NCBI GenBank assembly: GCA_046596135.1
Contig: JBKJMX010000028.1
Coordinates: forward strand, 10,035 to 74,034
Length of the DNA: 64,000 nt
Direction: 5' to 3'
Source of the DNA: Gemmatimonadales bacterium
GTDB taxonomy: Bacteria; Gemmatimonadota; Gemmatimonadetes; Gemmatimonadales; GWC2-71-9
Position numbers and translations under genes: made by a program. Positions 8,420 through 16,914 of the stretch are shown one piece after another. Within the stretch, counting starts at the first letter, position 1; every line of letters starts with the position of its first letter. Under the pieces are notes generated by a model, which did no database searches, was not told where the DNA came from, and saw nothing but the letters and a program-made list of their open reading frames with translations.

Positions 8420-9097
8420 GTGGCGAATCTCAACGGCAAGGCGTTCGGCTTCTCGGCATTCACGGCAACGAAGCCGGGGCTGCGGACACTGGCTACTCGT
8501 ATGGCGTTCGTGCTGATCCGCCTGGCATCGCCCCCGATCGTCCGTAAGCTGCTCCACAAGGTCGACCTCGTCGCCGACCAGACCCGCCTCGTCGATCTCT
8601 CGTTCATCCACTTTGCACGCTGGACCATCATTCGCCGCAAGCACTTCCGCCGGCTCAGCCCCGATCAACCCGCCGAAAAGCTGGCGCACGACTACATGCT
8701 CTTTGCGTCGAACTTCAATGGCGACTGGGCGCAGTACATCGACGCCTTCTCGGCGGTGGTGCCTGGCGGGATGGACCTGATCTGGCGCTGGAGCGAGCGT
8801 TACCCGATGGCGAAGCCGATCACGCCGTTCCTCGCCTACATCCGGCGCTGCCAGCTCGACACCGACTACTACTATGGCGCGTACCCGGAGGCGAGTACCC
8901 GCGATATCCGCTCCGCGTTGAGCCTGCGGGAGGCGCTGACCGCGTTCGACCAGGCGAACCGCGGCTTCGACGACGGCGCGTGGAACCTCGCGTGGCACAA
9001 GTTCGTCCCAACGGTGCAGCAGTACCTTGCGACCACCGGTCTGGCGCCGTGGGCGGACGACCCGCTCGAGCCGATCCTCCCGGGCCAGCGAGCGTGA
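8420..9097 (+). CDS. Hypothetical protein, paralog A of the HFARW pair
   Basis: GTG start. It shares collinear motifs with the next ORF: FIHFARWTII, YMLFASNFNGDW, YIRRCQLDTDYYYGAYPEAS. Confidence 0.7.
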   Translation: MANLNGKAFGFSAFTATKPGLRTLATRMAFVLIRLASPPIVRKLLHKVDLVADQTRLVDLSFIHFARWTIIRRKHFRRLSPDQPAEKLAHDYMLFASNFNGDWAQYIDAFSAVVPGGMDLIWRWSERYPMAKPITPFLAYIRRCQLDTDYYYGAYPEASTRDIRSALSLREALTAFDQANRGFDDGAWNLAWHKFVPTVQQYLATTGLAPWADDPLEPILPGQRA

Positions 9098-9104
9098 ACG
9101 GCTG

Positions 9105-9692
9105 ATGTCGAACCGTTTTGAGCAGGTGTATGGCCTCACGGTGGTCACGCCGATTCTCGGTGGCCGCGTCACCGGCGCGCAGCACGCCGCCGCGATCCGC
9201 GGAGTGCTGGCAACCATTCCCTCCGACGGGCGCAGCCCGTTCGCCCGCATCCCGATGACCCACTTCGCTCGGTGGGTTGTGATCGACGACGTGCCGACGC
9301 TCGACGCGCCGGCAGCCGAGGATCATCTCGCGTCGAACTACCTGCTGTTCGTGGCGGAGTTCGACGGTGAGCTTGATCCGTTCCTCGACTTCTTTGCTAC
9401 CGCATGTGCCGACCTGCTCACCGACATCTATGCGCATTGCGTGGCGTTTCCGGGCGTGAGCGATCTGCGCGAGTTCGTGCGCTACATCAAGAAATGCCAG
9501 GTGGAGACGACGCTGCTCTTCGGCGGTTATCCGAAGGCTACGGTGGGCGACGTGCACGCTGCGCTGCGCGCCCAGAAGGCGCTCGTAGAGTTCGCCGGAA
9601 CCAACACCCACGCGGATCCCGCCGGTCGGCGGGAGCGTTTCAATGAGATGATGCAGCGCCTCGCCGGCGCCGACACCAGCGGGGCATCATGA
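9105..9692 (+). CDS. Hypothetical protein, paralog B of the HFARW pair
   Basis: ATG 9105 lies 7 nt after the previous stop. Motifs are MTHFARWVVI, YLLFVAEFDGEL and YIKKCQVETTLLFGGYPKAT. Confidence 0.7.
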   Translation: MSNRFEQVYGLTVVTPILGGRVTGAQHAAAIRGVLATIPSDGRSPFARIPMTHFARWVVIDDVPTLDAPAAEDHLASNYLLFVAEFDGELDPFLDFFATACADLLTDIYAHCVAFPGVSDLREFVRYIKKCQVETTLLFGGYPKATVGDVHAALRAQKALVEFAGTNTHADPAGRRERFNEMMQRLAGADTSGAS

Positions 9693-9707
9693 TGCAGAAG
9701 GGCCATC

Positions 9708-12446
9708 ATGTCGGTTGAGCTCGAGCTCCCCGAGATTCAGGGCAACATCCTCTGCGCGTACGGGCTGCCACTCACCAGGTACTGTCATTTCCGCTTCGAT
9801 GATACGCGCGACGGCCGAGCGTTTGTTGCGGCGGTGACGCCTGAGGTCACGACCGCCGAGGATCGGCGGCCGGACGGCGGGTCGTGGTCTGAGGACAAGC
9901 CCGAATCGACGGTGAATCTGGCGTTCACGTTCACGGGACTGGCGGCACTCGGCCTGGGTGCGCCGGCGCTCGCCGGCTTTCCCACCGATTTCCGGATGGG
10001 GATGCGCGCGCGTGCGAGCATACTCGTCGATCGCGGCACCAGCGCCCCTGATCAGTGGGAGCCGGTCTGGCAGTCGCGGGAGGTGCATGCCTGCGTGACG
10101 CTCTATGCCAGCAGCGCGGCTGCGATGGAGCGCAAGGCGGCCTGGTTGGAGCAGTGTCGCCAGGCGGCAGGGCGGGTGACGATGATCGACGTGCAGGAGG
10201 CGGGGCAGCTGGTGGTCGATGGGCAGCGTACGCTCAAGGAGCACTTCGGCTTCACCGACGGATTCGGCAACCCCGAAGTCGCGGGTGCCGGCTGCGCATC
10301 GCGCCCCGGGCGCGGCAAGGTGATGCCGGGTGGCAAGTGGGCACCGATCGCGGCGGGCGAGTTCATCCTCGGCTACCGCAACGAGAACGAAGAGGTCGCG
10401 CTCACGCCGGAGCCATCGCAGCTCTATCGCAACGGCTCCTACATGGTCTACCGGAAGCTGCACGAAAACGTGGCGTCGTTCCGGGCCTATGTGCAGCGCG
10501 AGGGCGAGCGCTACCCGGGTGGGCCCGACCATCTGGCCGCGAAGATGATCGGACGGTGGCAGGATGGCACTCCACTCGAGCTGTCGCCGGACAAACCCGA
10601 CGCCGCACTTGGTGCCGACGAACAGCGTCACAACGACTTCACCTATGGCGGCGATCCCACCGGTGCGCGGTGCCCGATGGGTGCGCACATCCGACGCGCC
10701 AACCCGCGCGACGCGCAGGGGTTCGGCGGGATCCTCACCAACCCGCACCGGATCGTGCGACGGGGTGTTCCGTACGGCGAGTGGACGCCAGCTGATGAGC
10801 CTGGCTCCGACGAAGGGAATCACGGCATCATCTTCGTTGCGTACAACGCCAGCATCGAGAACCAGTTCGAGTTCGTGCAGCAGCAGTGGATGAACTACGG
10901 CAATGATTTCGGGATGGGCAACGACAAGGACCCGGTGATCGGGAGCCATCTGGACGACGACATCCACGTAATTGGTGCCGATGGCCGCAACCCGCTCCAC
11001 ATCTGTCGAAAGCTGCCGCCGTTCGTGGTGACCCGCGGTGGCGAGTACTTCTTTGTTCCCAGCCGCACCGCGCTTCGCTTGCTCTCTGACACGCTCGCCA
11101 GCGCCCCCCGTCACGTCGACACCCCGGTCTCGGAGCCGAAGATGAATGCGTTCGACCATCTCTTCGAGAAGCTCGAATCGTTGGCTCGGCACTTCCCGTT
11201 CATCGGCCATGGCCTCGACCACGAGTTCGTGAAGATCCACGACGCGGTCGAAAAGTTCGCCGAGCACGTGCAGAAGGAGGCGCTGCACGCGGACCCGGAG
11301 CCGTTGTTCGCGATCCTGCGGCGGATCAAGCCGATTGTGCACGTGAAGAACTTCGCGATCGTGACCCGCTACAACGACTGCGAAGATGTGATGAACCGCG
11401 ACGACATCTTCGCGCAGCCGTATGCTGCCAAGTTCGCGCAGCTCACCGGCGGGACGAACTTCTTCCTCGGGATGTCGAACACACCGGAGTACACCCACGA
11501 TGTGTCGGTAATGCGCATGGTGGTGCGCCGTGAGGACATCCCCGACCGGGTCGTACCATTCGTGCGCGACATCGCCGACGCGCTGGTGAAGGCGTCGGGT
11601 GGCCGGCTCGACGTGGTGTCGGGGCTCACGTCGGCGGTCCCCACGGCATTGGTGGGCGACTACTTCGGCACGCCCAACCCCCCGGGCGGCGCGTTCGCCA
11701 CGCAGTCGGCGGAGATGTCGGGATATCTCTTCCTGCCGAAGGGTGGCAGTGCCGAAGCCTCGGTGGCAGCAGCAAAGTCGATGCGCGAAGTGATCAGCCA
11801 GCAGATCGTGGTGCGCCACGCCGCGCGAGGGCAGCGCGACGACGTGCTCGAACGGCTGCTGGTGCTGCAGGACGCCAAGGTACCGGGGATCACCGATGCG
11901 TGGATCCTCGACCAGCTCTTTAGTTTCGTGGTCGCGGCGATCCCCACCACGTCGGCGGCCGTCGCCCGGGCGATCGACGAACTCATGAGGCGGCCCGCCG
12001 AGCTGGCCGCGGTGCAGGAGGCAGCGCGCGCCGGCAACATCGCCCTCGTAGGCCGGTATGTCTCCGAGGCGACGCGGTTCAGCCCGCTTGGCGCCGGTGT
12101 GTTCCGCACCACCACTGCGGAGTACACCATCGGGGCGGGGACGGCGCATGCAGTCACCGTTCCCGCCGGTACCATCGTGCTGGTATCACTGCTGTCGGCG
12201 ATGTTCGACGCCGAGCGCATCGAGCACCCGAATCGATTCGAGATCGATAGGCCCGCTTGGACGAACATGGCCTTCGGGTTCGGCATTCATACCTGCTTCG
12301 GCCAGTACATCAACGCCGTGCAGATGCCCCTGATCGCGGCGGCGATCCTGAAGCAGCGCAACCTGCGCCGCGCCCCCGGCGACGCCGGCAAGCTGCAGTT
12401 CGATGGCTCGTTTCCGTCCAGCATGACCCTTGAGTTCGATCCCTGA
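9708..12446 (+). CDS. DyP-type heme peroxidase fused to cytochrome P450 (single 912-aa polypeptide)
   Basis: N-terminal half: EIQGNIL, GFTDG (the GXXDG motif, nt 10248-10262), GAHIRRANPRD (proximal His codon 10686-10688) and VRRGVPYG. C-terminal half: ExxR (EATR) and the heme-thiolate loop FGFGIHTCFGQ (nt 12273-12305). There is no stop between the halves. Confidence 0.9.
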   Translation: MSVELELPEIQGNILCAYGLPLTRYCHFRFDDTRDGRAFVAAVTPEVTTAEDRRPDGGSWSEDKPESTVNLAFTFTGLAALGLGAPALAGFPTDFRMGMRARASILVDRGTSAPDQWEPVWQSREVHACVTLYASSAAAMERKAAWLEQCRQAAGRVTMIDVQEAGQLVVDGQRTLKEHFGFTDGFGNPEVAGAGCASRPGRGKVMPGGKWAPIAAGEFILGYRNENEEVALTPEPSQLYRNGSYMVYRKLHENVASFRAYVQREGERYPGGPDHLAAKMIGRWQDGTPLELSPDKPDAALGADEQRHNDFTYGGDPTGARCPMGAHIRRANPRDAQGFGGILTNPHRIVRRGVPYGEWTPADEPGSDEGNHGIIFVAYNASIENQFEFVQQQWMNYGNDFGMGNDKDPVIGSHLDDDIHVIGADGRNPLHICRKLPPFVVTRGGEYFFVPSRTALRLLSDTLASAPRHVDTPVSEPKMNAFDHLFEKLESLARHFPFIGHGLDHEFVKIHDAVEKFAEHVQKEALHADPEPLFAILRRIKPIVHVKNFAIVTRYNDCEDVMNRDDIFAQPYAAKFAQLTGGTNFFLGMSNTPEYTHDVSVMRMVVRREDIPDRVVPFVRDIADALVKASGGRLDVVSGLTSAVPTALVGDYFGTPNPPGGAFATQSAEMSGYLFLPKGGSAEASVAAAKSMREVISQQIVVRHAARGQRDDVLERLLVLQDAKVPGITDAWILDQLFSFVVAAIPTTSAAVARAIDELMRRPAELAAVQEAARAGNIALVGRYVSEATRFSPLGAGVFRTTTAEYTIGAGTAHAVTVPAGTIVLVSLLSAMFDAERIEHPNRFEIDRPAWTNMAFGFGIHTCFGQYINAVQMPLIAAAILKQRNLRRAPGDAGKLQFDGSFPSSMTLEFDP

Positions 12447-12480
12447 CCGCTCGCCCCAGCCATCCAAAAGGAGTTCCAGC

Positions 12481-12927
12481 ATGTCGTATCCGAGTGTGAT
12501 CACGCCGATCGATCATCGCCAACGGGTCCTGCTCCGCATCGGGGCGCTCTATGACGGCGGGTTCGGCGTCCCGCTGCTGATCATCCCGGCATTCATGACC
12601 AGCCTGCTGGCACTGCCGATGCCGAACCCGGGGGAGATCTGGCTGCGCCTCGACGGTATCTTCCTGATCGTGGTGGCGCTGATCTATCTGGTGATGGCTC
12701 AGGACCCGGCGCGCTACCTCGGCATCATGCCAGTCATCCTTCTCGGCAAGGCGGGGTCGGTCGTGTTCTACGTGTCGTACGTAATGATCGGCCACGAGTC
12801 GCGGACGTTCCTGATCTTCGCGGCCCTCGACTTCGTCATGTTCTGGCTGCACCTCTGGGCCCTCGGCCCCAACGGTTTCGACCGCATCAAGGCCGCACTG
12901 CGGCCTGCCGAACCCGCGCCTGCCTGA
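12481..12927 (+). CDS. Small integral membrane protein (about 4 TM), unknown function
   Basis: AAGGAG lies 7 nt upstream of ATG 12481. Hydrophobic helices are present. The stop is immediately followed by the next ATG (TGAATG). Confidence 0.7.
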   Translation: MSYPSVITPIDHRQRVLLRIGALYDGGFGVPLLIIPAFMTSLLALPMPNPGEIWLRLDGIFLIVVALIYLVMAQDPARYLGIMPVILLGKAGSVVFYVSYVMIGHESRTFLIFAALDFVMFWLHLWALGPNGFDRIKAALRPAEPAPA

Positions 12928-15900
12928 ATGAGCGGACCCAGGGAGTTCGACGGGACGGAGCGATTCACTGTCCTGAGGCGCCTGGGTGCGGGCGGGATGG
13001 GCGTGGTGTACGAGGTGCACGACGAGGAGCGGGACGTCCGCGTTGCGCTCAAGCTCCTTCCGCTCGGCAATCCATTGGGCTTGGTCCGATTCAAGCGTGA
13101 GTTCCGGGCACTGACATCGATCGTGCACCCCAACCTCGTTGCGCTGTACGAACTTGTTGCCGACGACAATCAGTGGTTCTTCACGATGGAAGTCGTCGAG
13201 GGCGTCGACTTCCTCGAATGGGTGCGTCCCGATGGCCTGGATGTCGAGCGGCTGCGCGACGCGCTCCGCCAGCTCGCGCACGGCGTGGGGGTTATCCACG
13301 CCGCCGGCCGGCTGCACCGCGACCTCAAGCATTCCAATGTCATGGTGCGACCATCCGGAAGGGTGGTGATCCTCGACTTCGGTCTCGTGACCGACGTCGG
13401 CGTGAGCACCACCGGGTCACAGGTTGGCGGCACCGCGGCCTATATGGCGCCCGAGCAGTGGCAGGGGGAAGTGGCCACGAGTGCTGGTGACTGGTACGCG
13501 ATCGGTGTCATGCTCTTCGAAGCACTCACCGGGACACTTCCGTTCAATGGCAGGAAGTCGGAAATCCTGATGGCGAAGCTCGGCGGCGAAGCGCCGCTCG
13601 CGTCGGACGTGGATCCCGACATCCCCCCCGTGCTGGATGCTCTCTGTGCTCACCTGCTCAAGCGCGACCCCACCGACCGGGCCACCGACGGCGACCTCTT
13701 TCATGCGCTGGGGGCGCCGGTCGAGCGGGCGATGGGTGCGACCGCGATGTATCCGATTCCCGATCAGGACGGCGGCACGCCGGTGATCGGCCGGGAGCGT
13801 CACCTCGCCGCTATGACAGCGGCGTTCGCCACTGTCGAACAGGGTGGTACCGCGCTGCTTCATGTTCACGGCCAATCGGGAGCCGGCAAGAGCACCCTTC
13901 TCGATCGTTTTCTGGGCGACCTCCGCCAACGTGACGATGTAGTGGTTCTTGCTGGTCGCAGCTTCGAGCAGGAATCGGTGCCGTACAAGGCCGTTGACAC
14001 CGTGATCGACGCGCTGGCCTCGCACCTGATGGTGCTGTCAGCGGGCGAGGCCGAGTCGCTGGTGCCACCCAACATCGCCGTGCTGGCGCGCCTCTTCCCG
14101 GTGCTCTATCGCGTCCCCGCGATTGCGGCGGCGCAGGCGGTCGTGACGATTCCCGATCAGCGCGAACTGCGGCGCATTGCATTCGCAGCTCTGCGCGAGT
14201 TGCTCGATCGCATGGGCCAACGCCATCGACTGGTTGTCGTGATCGACGACCTGCAGTGGGGCGACGTCGACAGCGCGTTGCTCCTTGGCGAACTGCTGCA
14301 GCCACCCGCGCCACCACCGTTGCTCCTTGTGCTCTCGTATCGCAGTGAGGATCGTGAGCGCAGTGCGTGCTTGCGCACCATTGCCGAAGTCGAGCGCAGC
14401 ATGCAGCTCGGCGATCGGCGTGTCGAGGTCGGCGTGGGGCCGCTCACGCTGGTGGACGCCGAGCGGCTGGCGCTCACGCTGCTCGACACCAGCGACCCAC
14501 GGGCTCACGTGCAGGCGCGGCAGGTCGCGGTCGAGTCGCAGGGGAATCCGTACTTTGTCACTGAACTGGTGCGCCACCTGAGTGAGGGCGGTGGGTGGAG
14601 CTCCGGTGATTCCGGTGCGCGGCGGGTCGACCTTGAGGAAGTTCTCTGGCACCGGGTGGTGCGCTTGCCTGAAGACCCGCGCACCGTGCTCGAAGTGGTG
14701 GCTGTCGCCGGGAAGCCGCTGCGGGCGCAGGTTGCCAGCGATACGCTCGACGCGCACGACCACCTGCAGCATTCGATTGGCGTGCTTCGCAACGGGCACC
14801 TGATCCGCAGTTCGGGGCCTCGGATGACCGACGACCTTGAGACGTATCACGACCGGGTGCGCGAAAGTGTCGTGGCGCACCTCAGCACAAACCTGGTGCG
14901 ACACTATCACACCGTGCTCGCTGAAGCCCTCGAGGAGACGGGCGACGCTGACGCCGAGACCATCGCGGTACATCTTGATGGAGCGGGACAGGGCGAGCGG
15001 GCGGGGCGGTTCTACGAACAGGCGGCGCGGGCGTCGACGGCGTCGCTCGCTTTCGATCGCGCCGCCAAGCTCTTCCGGCTTGCGCTCGATCGCCATGCAG
15101 GCAAGGTCGAACAGAAGCGTGCTTTACAACGCGAACTGGGTGAGACGCTGGCCAATGCGGGTCGCGGGTTCGATTCGGCGGAGGCGTATCTCGCGGCGTC
15201 GGTGGGATCGAGCGGCGATGATCTGCTCACGCTCGAGGGGCTGGCTGCCACGCAGTACTGCATCAGTGGGCATCCGGACCAGGGCAGGACAATCTTCCGA
15301 CGCACCCTCGCGCGGATCGGGCTGCCGCTTCCCGATTCGCCGGTGCGAATCATCGCAACGCTCCTCTGGCGTCGCGCGTGGCTGCGGATTCGTGGCGTGC
15401 GGTTTACTGAACGGCGTGAGGAAGACGTCGATCCGTCGGTTTTGCGGAAGATCGACCTCCTCTGGTCGGTATCTACCGGACTGTCGCTTCCCGATGCACT
15501 GGGCATCGCATCGATGCAGACCAAGGGGCTGCTGCTCTCACTGGAGGCGGGCGAACCGTACCGATTGGCGCGGGCAATGGCGTTCGAGGCATTCCTGTTG
15601 AGCACGGGGGGATGGGCCACAGAGAAACCCACGGCTGACCTCTTCGAGCGGGCCGACACGCTGGCCGCGCGCATCGATCATCCTCACGCGCTGGGGATGG
15701 TGCAACTCTCGGCCGGCTTGATTGCGCTCAACCAAACGCGGTTTGCGGATGCGATGGCGCATTGCCAAGCTGCCGAAGAGATCTTCCGGACGCGCTGCAC
15801 CGGCGTCTGGTGGGAGACCGCCACGGCACGCTCGGTGATTGCATGGACGCTGTGGCATCGCGGTCATATCGATGCGCTGCGCCAGCGGGCGACGGCATAC

Positions 15901-16593
15901 ATCGCCGAGGCGCGGGACCGCGGCGACATGTTCACGGTGACGAATCTGGGCGCGGTGGCACTGCCGCATCTCAGCTTGATTGCGGACGATCCCGATGCGG
16001 CGATGCGCGAGGTAGACGACGCGATCGCGGCGTGGGGTGTCGACGGCTTCCACCTGCAGCATGTGGCCGCGATGCTGAGCAGAGCGCACATCCATCTTTA
16101 TCGCGGAGACGGTGTGATTGCGTTGGCGCATATCGACGGCTTGTGGCCGGCGCTCCGGGGGGCCCTGCAGCTCCGTACTCAGATCGTCCGCATCATGATG
16201 GTCGACCTTCGGGCGCGGTGCGTGTTGGCGGCAGGGGCGGCGGCGGCGGATCCGCGACCATTCGCGCGGCGCGCACGGAAGTATGCCCGCGACCTGGAAC
16301 GCGAGGACACCCTGATGAGCCGGCCGTTTGCGGCCACGCTGATGGCGGGCGTGGCAGCGCTCGATGGCCGCAACGACGAAGCGGCGGCGCACCTGTACCG
16401 GGCGAAGGAATACTACACCGTGTTCGACGACAGGCTTCGGGCGGCGTCGGTGGAGATGCTGCTTGGGCGCTATACTGGCGGCGCGGAAGGGGAGGTGGAG
16501 CGCGAGTCGGCTGCTACGGTGTTTGCTGGCGAGGGGGTGAAGCGACCAGAGGGGATCGTGGCGCTGTACGCGCCGGGGCACGGGGATAGGTAG
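12928..16593 (+). CDS. Ser/Thr kinase / P-loop (AAA_16/STAND) NTPase / TPR-like repeat protein
   Basis: Kinase motifs are GAGGMGVVY, VALKLL, HRDLKHSNVMV, DFGLV and GTAAYMAPEQ. The Walker A motif is GQSGAGKST (nt 13870-13893) and the Walker B-like motif is LVVVIDDLQWGD. About 600 aa of helical repeat region follows. Confidence 0.9.
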   Translation: MSGPREFDGTERFTVLRRLGAGGMGVVYEVHDEERDVRVALKLLPLGNPLGLVRFKREFRALTSIVHPNLVALYELVADDNQWFFTMEVVEGVDFLEWVRPDGLDVERLRDALRQLAHGVGVIHAAGRLHRDLKHSNVMVRPSGRVVILDFGLVTDVGVSTTGSQVGGTAAYMAPEQWQGEVATSAGDWYAIGVMLFEALTGTLPFNGRKSEILMAKLGGEAPLASDVDPDIPPVLDALCAHLLKRDPTDRATDGDLFHALGAPVERAMGATAMYPIPDQDGGTPVIGRERHLAAMTAAFATVEQGGTALLHVHGQSGAGKSTLLDRFLGDLRQRDDVVVLAGRSFEQESVPYKAVDTVIDALASHLMVLSAGEAESLVPPNIAVLARLFPVLYRVPAIAAAQAVVTIPDQRELRRIAFAALRELLDRMGQRHRLVVVIDDLQWGDVDSALLLGELLQPPAPPPLLLVLSYRSEDRERSACLRTIAEVERSMQLGDRRVEVGVGPLTLVDAERLALTLLDTSDPRAHVQARQVAVESQGNPYFVTELVRHLSEGGGWSSGDSGARRVDLEEVLWHRVVRLPEDPRTVLEVVAVAGKPLRAQVASDTLDAHDHLQHSIGVLRNGHLIRSSGPRMTDDLETYHDRVRESVVAHLSTNLVRHYHTVLAEALEETGDADAETIAVHLDGAGQGERAGRFYEQAARASTASLAFDRAAKLFRLALDRHAGKVEQKRALQRELGETLANAGRGFDSAEAYLAASVGSSGDDLLTLEGLAATQYCISGHPDQGRTIFRRTLARIGLPLPDSPVRIIATLLWRRAWLRIRGVRFTERREEDVDPSVLRKIDLLWSVSTGLSLPDALGIASMQTKGLLLSLEAGEPYRLARAMAFEAFLLSTGGWATEKPTADLFERADTLAARIDHPHALGMVQLSAGLIALNQTRFADAMAHCQAAEEIFRTRCTGVWWETATARSVIAWTLWHRGHIDALRQRATAYIAEARDRGDMFTVTNLGAVALPHLSLIADDPDAAMREVDDAIAAWGVDGFHLQHVAAMLSRAHIHLYRGDGVIALAHIDGLWPALRGALQLRTQIVRIMMVDLRARCVLAAGAAAADPRPFARRARKYARDLEREDTLMSRPFAATLMAGVAALDGRNDEAAAHLYRAKEYYTVFDDRLRAASVEMLLGRYTGGAEGEVERESAATVFAGEGVKRPEGIVALYAPGHGDR

Positions 16594-16656
16594 ATCTGGT
16601 TCGGGGGGGGACCACGGCCACGGTTACCCGTCCTAAGCGCTGAGCCCGGGTCGGTG

Positions 16657-16914
16657 CTAACGGTACACGTCACGTCGATTGCCGACCTTGACGACAGTGA
16701 CAATCAAATCGCGATCGACAATCTCGTACAGGATGCGGTAGTTGCCTTGGCGAACCCTGTACTTCTCCTCGCTGCTGAGTTTTTCACAGCCCGGTGGACG
16801 GGGATTGCGCGCGAGGCCTTGAATCCGGGACGTGACCCGGCGCCGGTCCTTCGCTGGCAGCGATTCGAGTTCCCAGGCTGCCGAGCGTTTGATGAGGATG
16901 CTATAGCTTGCCAC
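16657..16914 (-). CDS. relE: RelE/ParE-family type II toxin
   Basis: 85 aa. The RelE/StbE-like C-terminus reads YRVRQGNYRILYEIVDRDLIVTVVKVGNRRDVY. It overlaps the upstream antitoxin gene by 14 nt. Confidence 0.85.
   Translation of the reverse strand: MASYSILIKRSAAWELESLPAKDRRRVTSRIQGLARNPRPPGCEKLSSEEKYRVRQGNYRILYEIVDRDLIVTVVKVGNRRDVYR

Noticed and set aside
7565-12149. Long minus-strand ORFs (7565..9250 at 561 aa, 8820..9611, and 9687..12149 at 820 aa) antisense to the kinase, HFARW and DyP-P450 genes.
   Set aside because: They carry no recognisable motifs and have extreme Arg/His/Gly/Pro content. The plus-strand frames carry unambiguous kinase, DyP and P450 motifs.
9708-12446. The DyP domain as an encapsulin cargo enzyme.
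   Set aside because: No encapsulin shell gene is adjacent. The C-terminus, where cargo-loading peptides sit, is occupied by a full P450 domain.
14038-16581. Minus-strand ORFs of 352 and 347 aa, plus plus-strand alternative-frame ORFs, within the STAND kinase gene.
   Set aside because: These are shadow ORFs. The 1221-aa plus-strand frame is continuous and motif-rich.
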